DNA from: an uncultured Clostridia bacterium
Lineage (GTDB): Bacteria; Bacillota; Clostridia; Christensenellales; UBA1242
Reading direction: 5' to 3'
NCBI GenBank assembly: GCA_934747965.1
Contig: CAKVHI010000005.1
Coordinates: 16,856-80,855 of the forward strand
Length of the DNA stretch: 64,000 bases
Both the position numbers and the translations under genes were made by a program. The notes under the pieces are model-generated. The model ran no database searches and was not told the origin of the DNA. It saw nothing but the letters and a program-made list of their open reading frames with translations. Of this stretch, positions 49,701 through 58,700 are shown one piece after another; position 1 is the first letter of the stretch; each line of letters begins with the position of its first letter.

Positions 49701-52700
49701 AATTTATGACGCTAAATTCGTTCTTAACGAATCAAACACTCAAAATTTAATTGCGGGTTATGCAGTTGGTGGTGTTGCTGGCATAAACAAAGGTTTAATT
49801 TCTTATGCGACTGTTGAAACACAACTTTTAAGACAAAGAGTTATAGACAAAACAAGTCAAGATGGTTATTTAACAAGTTATTTGTTTAGTAATGCAAACA
49901 ACAAAGCTTATTTTGTTGGCGGACTTGTTGGCGTTTTACAAAACGGAGTGTTAAATTATTCATACAGCAAAGCAAACATAACAGCAAAAAACAGTAGGTT
50001 TGTTGGGTCATCTGTTGGGGCATTTATCAATTCAAGAATAGAATATGTTTATGCAAATTCTTATCTTGAAGCACAAGATGAAGATGTTCAAAATGGAGTT
50101 ATCCTTACTCAAAAAGGATACGCCGGATTTATTGGAACAATTACTGATTTCTCTAACTCAAGTCGAATAAGTCATGCTGTTTCAATAATAAGAAACACTA
50201 AAAATTCAAATAAGTTTAATCTTTCAAAATTTGTTGGATATAATCAATGCAAAAATATTGACGGCAGTAAAATAAACTTTGAATATTCAAACGATGTTGA
50301 AGAAATTGATGTTGTCGGTGGAAATAGTTTTGAAAACAACGGCGTTGGTTATTCTTATAACAAATATATAACCTACGATTCGGGAACATTTAATGGCTAT
50401 AGCAATTCTGATTGCTTTGTAAGAATAATAAATAAAGACACTTTCTTTAGATTGACATATAACAAAAAAGGCTCAGTAACAGAAATTAATAATGAAAATG
50501 ATCTTAGAAATATGTTTTCTAATGGTGAATGTGTTTTAACAAAAGATATTTATTTAACTTCTCCTTGGGAGCCTATTAGTGAATTCAAAGGTAGTTTCTA
50601 TAGTGCAAAAAGAGAAAACAGACAAGAAGGTCAAAGTGAGTACTACAAAATTTACAACCTAACGATAAACGAAAAATCAAAAAATGTTGCAAACAATGTT
50701 GGTTTCTTTGCTTCAACAAGTGGTGCAACAATAAGTAACATAACTTTTGTTGTTGGCTCTAATTTTGTTGATCCGGGAGATGGTCAAGACCCAACAGAAA
50801 CTGATCCTAATTGGGGTAGTGATAATTCCAAAGATAAAATTAGGCGAGGCATTAATATCATAAATACTAATGTTGAAAGAAGTTATGCTTTAGGAATTTT
50901 AAGTGCTCAAGATAACGGCTCAAAAATAACAAACATAACACTAGAATTTAGTGAAATTAATGATAGCACTGACACAAATGTAATTTTGACAAATTTAAAT
51001 TATGTTGGTGGTTTGATTGGAAAAGCTGTTGACACAAATATTGACGGTGTTACAATCAAAAATTTAAGTTTGAAACGAACAACAACTAAAAATTTTGATG
51101 CTTATGTTGGCGGTTTAATTGGATATGTTAAAAACACCAATAGTGAAGATATTAAAAACATATCATTTGTTGGAAATAATAATGTTTATAATCTTCAAGG
51201 AAAAGAAAATGAGCGTAGTTATGTTGGTGGTTTGTTTGGTCAAATTATAAATTCGAAAATAGATGGCTTTAGTGTTTTGAAAGAAGATTCAAAACTAAGT
51301 GTAACTCACAACGCAAACGGAGTGTCAGGTGCTAGAAGCAATGTTCATGTTGGTGGCGTTGCTGGAAATATCCAAAATGTTGCTCTTTCTAAAATTATAT
51401 TGAACGAAACTAGCGTAGAGTTTACAAACACTTATAACAATCTTAACAGCGTATATGCTGGCGGTGTTGCAGGTTATGCACAAGAAGCAAACTATGAAGA
51501 TATTATTGTTCCAACATCTTCAAGTGTAGTTGTTTTAGATAACTCACAAACAAGCACATCATCAAACTTTGTTGGTGGTTTGTTCGGACAATCTGTTGGT
51601 GGAACACTTAAAAATGTTCTTTGCAGTGCAGAAGTAAGTTTGGAAGCAATTTCATCAAATGGTCAAACTAATGTTGGTGGTTTGATTGGCAGAAACGGTA
51701 ATAAAAATAATGACAAGTTTATTAAAGGAACAACATTAAACAATATAATCTGTCGAGGCACGATTATTGTTAAAGACAAAGGTAAAAGTGATTGCTGTAT
51801 TGGTGGCTTAATTGGTTATAACATTGAGGCAGATATGCAAGATTCTGTGTTCCTAGGCAGTGTTAAATATTTCGTTCAAAAATTAGAAAATATTGGTGGA
51901 CTTGTTGGTGCTAATAAAAATCGTTATAAAAATGAAAATGGCTTTGATTTAGATGGTAAAGATAACAATAATAAAAACTTTAATGGCTGTTTCTTTGTTG
52001 AGGACCTTGCATTATTGCCTGCAAGGAATGTAGAGTATGCTGAATATAGCATTGATAATAAAGGAATTGTTAGTTGTGTGGGCGTTGTTAAATATGCTGA
52101 TTTCGTGGATGAAAGCAACAAGATTTTGACAAACCGAAATAATGATAAAATTAGTTGTCTTGACAAAGTTAGAAGTATTTTAAACAACATTTCTTCAATA
52201 GAAAATTTTGAGGATATATCTGAAATCAATGGGGAAACTATAACCTTTAAAGAAGGAAGTGTGTTTAATCCTTACATTATTTCTAGCGAAGAAAATCTAA
52301 AAGATTATAAAGAAGATAAATATCATTTGATTAAAAAAGATGATTTACAAATTTCAACAACTATAAACAAAGTTGATGAAAATGGCATAAGTTTAGATTT
52401 TAATGCAATTATTATTGGTAATGGTAATAAAATCATTTTAAATAGCACATCTTTTGCACAGAAAATAGCGAAAAATGGCGTTATTAGTGGTGTTCAATTT
52501 GAACTTGCAGGAACAGATAAAACAACATTTAATGGCAATGAATTTGTAAATAATGTAAGTTTTATTATTGCAAATGAAAATAGCGGTGTTATTTATAACT
52601 GTGCAATAAAAGGCAATATGTATGTTGATAACAAATCAGTTGCTCCTGTTGTGATTAAAAATGCAGGAATCATTAATGTTGTTTCAAGTATGTCGCATAT

Positions 52701-55700
52701 TGTTGTGAAAGGGTTAACTATAGATAACACTTATGCTTCTGGGTTTGTAATAAAAAACAGTGGTGCGATTTACAACTCTATTACAACAGGAAATATTGAA
52801 TTTATTGATAACAATTATAATATCGCTAGTGTCAACACCGAAACATCAAAAATATTTGGCTTTGTACAAGAAAATTCAGATACAATCGTAAATTGTATTT
52901 CTGCTCAAACCTTGCCTTTAACTTCAGATTTAGGCTCAAATTCACAACCTCATGCTTCATTTGGCGGTGTTAATGCTACAGGCAAATTTGCAAACTGCTA
53001 TGTTGATATGTTGGCAAATGGATATTTCAGCGGAAGAAATATTCCAAATGGACAAAGTTATGTTGATTTTAACAGTATGTTTAATAAAGAAAACGGTTAT
53101 ATAAGAAAAGGCTCTTTATCTAACCTTTGGTCTGAAAACGATGCTCAAGTTATGTATGGATATGCTTATCCTTGCATTTCTAGTTACAAAAATACTTTTG
53201 CAATATTATTTAACACAAAAACAAATGAAGGTTATTATAAAGTTAACAATCTAAGTGCATTTAATTTTGTTATTGATTCTTTGAATAATAACAATGATGT
53301 TACATCAATAAACATTAAACAAATTGCTTCATTTATGGGTGGAGTTTCAAAAATCACACTTAGTGGAACGACTGATGCTTATGTTCAGAAACCTATTGAG
53401 CTTAAGAAATCACTAAAATATGATGGAAACAATTTTGCAATTAATTTGTTACATTTATCTTCAAATTTAATTGAAAGTGAAGGCATAAAAAACAGTTACA
53501 CAGGCTTATTCTATACTCTTTCAGAAAATGTTAACATAACAATAAACAATGTTGCATTGTTAAATGCAAAATTTGATATTGTGTTTGCTGAAAACAAAAA
53601 GAATAACGAGTTAAGCAATGTTGCAAACAACATTTATGCAGGAGCTTTTGTTGCCTTAAATAAAAATGGCATAACGAAAATATCAAATTGTTATGTTGAA
53701 GGAACAATGAAAACAATTCAGGCTTCAAGCCCTAACTTTTCAACTGCTAAAGTTATGTGCGTTGGCGGATTTGTTGGATTGTCTGGAGATAAAGAAGGAA
53801 ATAAAATTTCATCTTGTGTAAGCAAATTGAATATTAATTTAGATTATTTAACAGCAACTAAGTCGTTTAATAAAGAAACGGCTAACGAAATTGGCTATGC
53901 AAGTTTTGTTGGTGGCTTTGTTGGTAAATTAGAAAAAGGAACAATCACAAACAACTTTAACTTTGCAGATGTAACTTGTGCAAGCTCAAAAACTGCAAGT
54001 GTTGGCGGAATTGTTGGCGCAATCAATGCTGGAGCAATAACAAAGAATGTTATGTTTGGTGTTGTGTCTTATAAAGGTGCTTATTTAAGTTACTACAAAA
54101 ATAACAATAACAACAAGTTAAACTATAATATTAATGCAATAGCGGGCGACATTGGTGCAGGGTGCACTACTGAAGACAGCGGAATTAAAAATCAATATAA
54201 TAATCTTTTAAATTTGGTTGGTGATTTAAATATAACTGAAACAAGTTTAACAGTCTTAATGGATTATGTTGATGCAAACCTTAATAATGTTAATAATTTT
54301 GCTGTCGAAAACTCAGAAACCAAAGTTTTTGAGAAACCTGAATATGAGGTTGTAAATAGCAATAATTTAACACTTGAAAGCAATAAAAACTATATTGTAA
54401 ATCATAGTGGTGAAATCAATATTTCTTTAAAAGATGAAAATTTAGAGAAGAATTTGACAAATACAAAAGTTTTGTTTGCTTCTGAATGCACTGTTACAGT
54501 AACTGAAAACTTGTTTAACAAACTAGAAAATTGTGTTATATCAAATCTAAAAATTGTGAGTGAACAAAACTTAACAACTGTAAGTTTGGCAAAAGAAATT
54601 GTAAACACCAAACTTTACAAAATAACTGTTTCTAACATTTGTTTTGATAGGAATGGTAATGATGTTAAAAACGATAATAATCTGGGTAATATTGTGGCGG
54701 TTGGTGGTGTTGTTGACATTGCTAGGTCATCAATATTAAAATCTGTTAAAGTAGAAAACGGTAGAGTTAAATTTGATGCTCAAAATGCTGGAAACACTAA
54801 TGCTGATTATGCTTGTATTGGTGGTGTTGCTGGATATGCAATTTCAACATTGTTTGAAGATTGTCAAAACACTGCAACCATAACTACTGAGCATTCAACG
54901 CAAAATTATAGCACACTTAAAACTGCGGGCATACTTGGATTATCGCAAAACGGATATTTGTTTAAATGCATTAATAGTGGTCTTGTTTATGCTAAAAATG
55001 GAAATAAGAATGCAACAACACAAAATTATGTTGCCGGAATTGTTAATGCATTTAATTCTTCAAATGTGATTTCTTTCTGTAAAAATGAAAACACAGTTAA
55101 AGGTGTTAATAATAAAGTATCAAATGATGAAGGAAATTGTGTTGGCGGAATTTCAACCAATGGTACAGTTTTATTCTCTATTAACAAATCAAATGTTTTG
55201 AGCATTGCAGCAAGCAATAATGAATACATTCAATCAGCGGGCATTATGGCAAGTGAAGATAAATCAGGCAGTGTTATGTATAGTTATCAACTAGGCAGTG
55301 TTATGAGCCAAAAGAATGCCTATGCAATAACTCCTGCTCAGGCAAATTATTGCTATAGCATTGGCGGTGGATTTACTGTTAATGGCACATTAAATTTGAA
55401 TGGTAACAAAACAAATAATTGCTACACTTATAAAGATATCATTGAAAATAAAGATAATTGGTTTAATGATTTCACTGATATTTCAGACTTTGTGGTGGAC
55501 ACAGAGCAAGATATAAAACTTCCAAGAATTAAATTGCTTGATGAAACTGCCTTTACACTTACTGAAACAATTTATAAAGATGAAGATACTAACACAGAAA
55601 AGATAGCATATAAAATTTCAAATGCATTTGAATTGTGGTATTGGTCTGTTTATAAAAGTGCTGACGGTAAAAGCGTTTCAATCGTTGATGACATTGATAT

Positions 55701-58700
55701 GACAGGTTACACTTATTTCACACCTATATGTGGAGAGAATATAACAATTGACGGAAACTTCCACACAATTTCTAACCTAAAAATTGTTGAAACAACTGAT
55801 GGAACTAATAAATATTGGGGATTTGTTGGAAAAAATGCAGGGACAATTCAAAATATTAACTTTGAAAATCCAAGAATAACTATTGACAATATTTCGCAAC
55901 AATCTTCAACAACACAATCTTCAACAACAAGTGGAGAAAGTACGACTAGTGAGAATACAATTTTTGAAGATAACAATTATATTTCTATTGTAGCTGGTCT
56001 AAACTTGGGCAAAATAGACAATATTACTGTTGGTCAGGTTGGCGACACATCATCATTTATTAACATTAACTTTATAACTTCAGACATGAAAAGGCAATAC
56101 ACTAAAATTTATATTGGCACAGTGTCTGGACAAAGTAGTGGTACCGTTTCTAATTGTAATGTTATAAATCTAAGTCTTCAAGCAATAGACTCTTCAATAA
56201 CGCAAACGGCAAATTCTGGATTTATGTTTAGTTTTGAAGGCTTAAACATAGAAAATTATGTTGGCGGAATTGTGGGCTGTAATGATAACACAATTTCAAA
56301 TTGCAATTTTATCTCAAAAATAAAATCTCATTTAACCAACATGCATACATTTGGTATGGGAACAACTGTAAGTGCTGGAGAAACTAATGTTGATATAGAT
56401 TTATATAGGATTTGTTCAGATGCAAAACAATATGTTGGTCAAATTGTTGGAAAAGGCACTTGTGCTAACGATTGTTATTCGCCTAAAACAATTAACTTAA
56501 TTGACATGTTCACAAAAAACAATTATGGCGAAGAAAAATATTCTAGTGAAAGTAGCTCTTATACTGTACCGATTATGGATTTCGATATGAGTAAATTTGG
56601 TGCTGTTCTTGCTAGTGGTGCAATAAAAGGAGCAAAGAGTTTCGGACTTGGGGCGATTGTTGAAATTACCAAACAAGCAACTGTGTCTGCAATCAATAAA
56701 GGAACAATAGAAAGTGTGTTTAATAATTCAGGCTTGAGAGAAACAGCCCCTGGGTCCTTTGTTGAAATTAGAATAGATAGTGTTGAAAATCCTAATCCTA
56801 ATTATATTTACATTAGCCCTTATGTTTCTGGCTTTGAAAATTCAAGCCCTTACATTGCCTTGATGAATGGCACAGATAATAGTAAATTTGGAAAATTGCC
56901 ATATAACGAAAATTTCCTATCTTTAAGTCAATCTAAAAAAGCGCCAAAAAGCGAAAATGGTAATTATTATATTTACGATATCAATGAACTTGCTTATGCA
57001 CTAAGTGAATATTCAAACAAAACCCTTGTGCTTATGGACAACATTGACATGACACGAAAGGTTTGGGATGTTAATACATTAAATAAGAACACAATCATTG
57101 ACAACGGATTTAAGATTGTTTATGGGTCTAATACTGGTTTTAAGGATAAGTTTGAAACGATCTTTGGTGAAGATTTTGCAACTAACATTTTGACTTGTGA
57201 AACATCGAGTGCAAATGAATATGGTAAATTTGAAACACTAACTAAAAACCCAACTGAAATTGCCTACGAAAACTTTATTGAAAGGTTTAAAAAAGTTTGG
57301 AAAGCAGAATATAGTAAAACAAACAATGTGACACCTGCTGGCTTGGATTCGAAATTTAATGAATTAGGAAATAATGAAACAACTTTTGTTGTTCAATATT
57401 CTTCTCAACTTGAAGTGATTGCTGATGCAATGGCAGAGTATACCGCTTGCGGACGTCTTCATAAAGGTATTAACTTTACTGGCAAAACAATCATTATTGA
57501 TAACAATGTTGAATTAACAGAGAATTTATTGTCTTTGGATAGATATAACTATGACAAAAACGATAATAAAGCCCCAAATTTTGTAACAGAAGGTATGTTT
57601 GACGATGACACGACAATTAAATATGGCGAAAACATTGAAAATATTTACCAAACATTTAATGGAACAATTAAAAGCCGAGATGGAAAAAATTATTCTATTA
57701 AATTGACCAATAACAAACAATGCTTGTTGCAAGTTTTAGGCCACAGCGGAAAAATTAAAAACTTAACTTTAAATGCTGAAGCAATAAAAGATATAAATGT
57801 TGATAGCAATTCAAATACATCTTCTTTGGGTGTTGTTGAGAACTATGGCGAAATTAATAACTTTAATGTTGTTAGTGCTAATGCTTTGACAATTTCAAGA
57901 AAAATTAACTTTATTGACCACTTTGTTGGTGTAGACACAGACAACTCAAAACTTTATTCTTCTGCTTGTTTAATCTTTGGCTTGTATTGTGGTTATAATG
58001 CTGGAACAATTCAAAATTGTAATTTCACAAATAGAAATTTGACTATCCAAATAGAAACCACTGTTGTTTATTTTGATGAAAATATAATAACAATTAATAA
58101 TAATGGAACAAACACAGAGGTCAATATTGACACTCATGAAACTTATTCTGGTTATAACCGCATAACTACTGCAACAAATTATGTTGGTGTTGTTAGTGGA
58201 TTAAATATTAATAATATTTGTGATATTAAAATTAATAGTGCAACGCTTACAATTAATTCAACCGCTGAAAATGAAAATTTGAAAGATGGCAAAACTTCTG
58301 AGATTGAATGTGGTTTGGGTGCGGGTTTTGTTAGTGGAATGAATAATTTTATAAAAGATTACACAACAAGTTATACTGATTCTGAAACTAAAGAAAAGAA
58401 AAACATAAATTTGAGAAACATTTTAGTGTTTGAAAGTGAAATTCAAGCGAACGACTTAAGTTATGTTTCGGCTGGTTTAATTTCGGGTGTTTCTGAGTTG
58501 GGATTTTCTGGCTGCAAAGTTTTAGATTCAAATATTACAACAAATATTGCCGATAATGAAAATGTAACAACTGGTGCGATTTCGGGACGTTTGATGCCAA
58601 AAGTTTATAAAACTACCGAAAAATACGAAAGTGTGGAAGTTTACACATCATATTTACCTGAAGTTGAAAGCTGTGTTTCTAGCAATATCAATTTGTTCGG

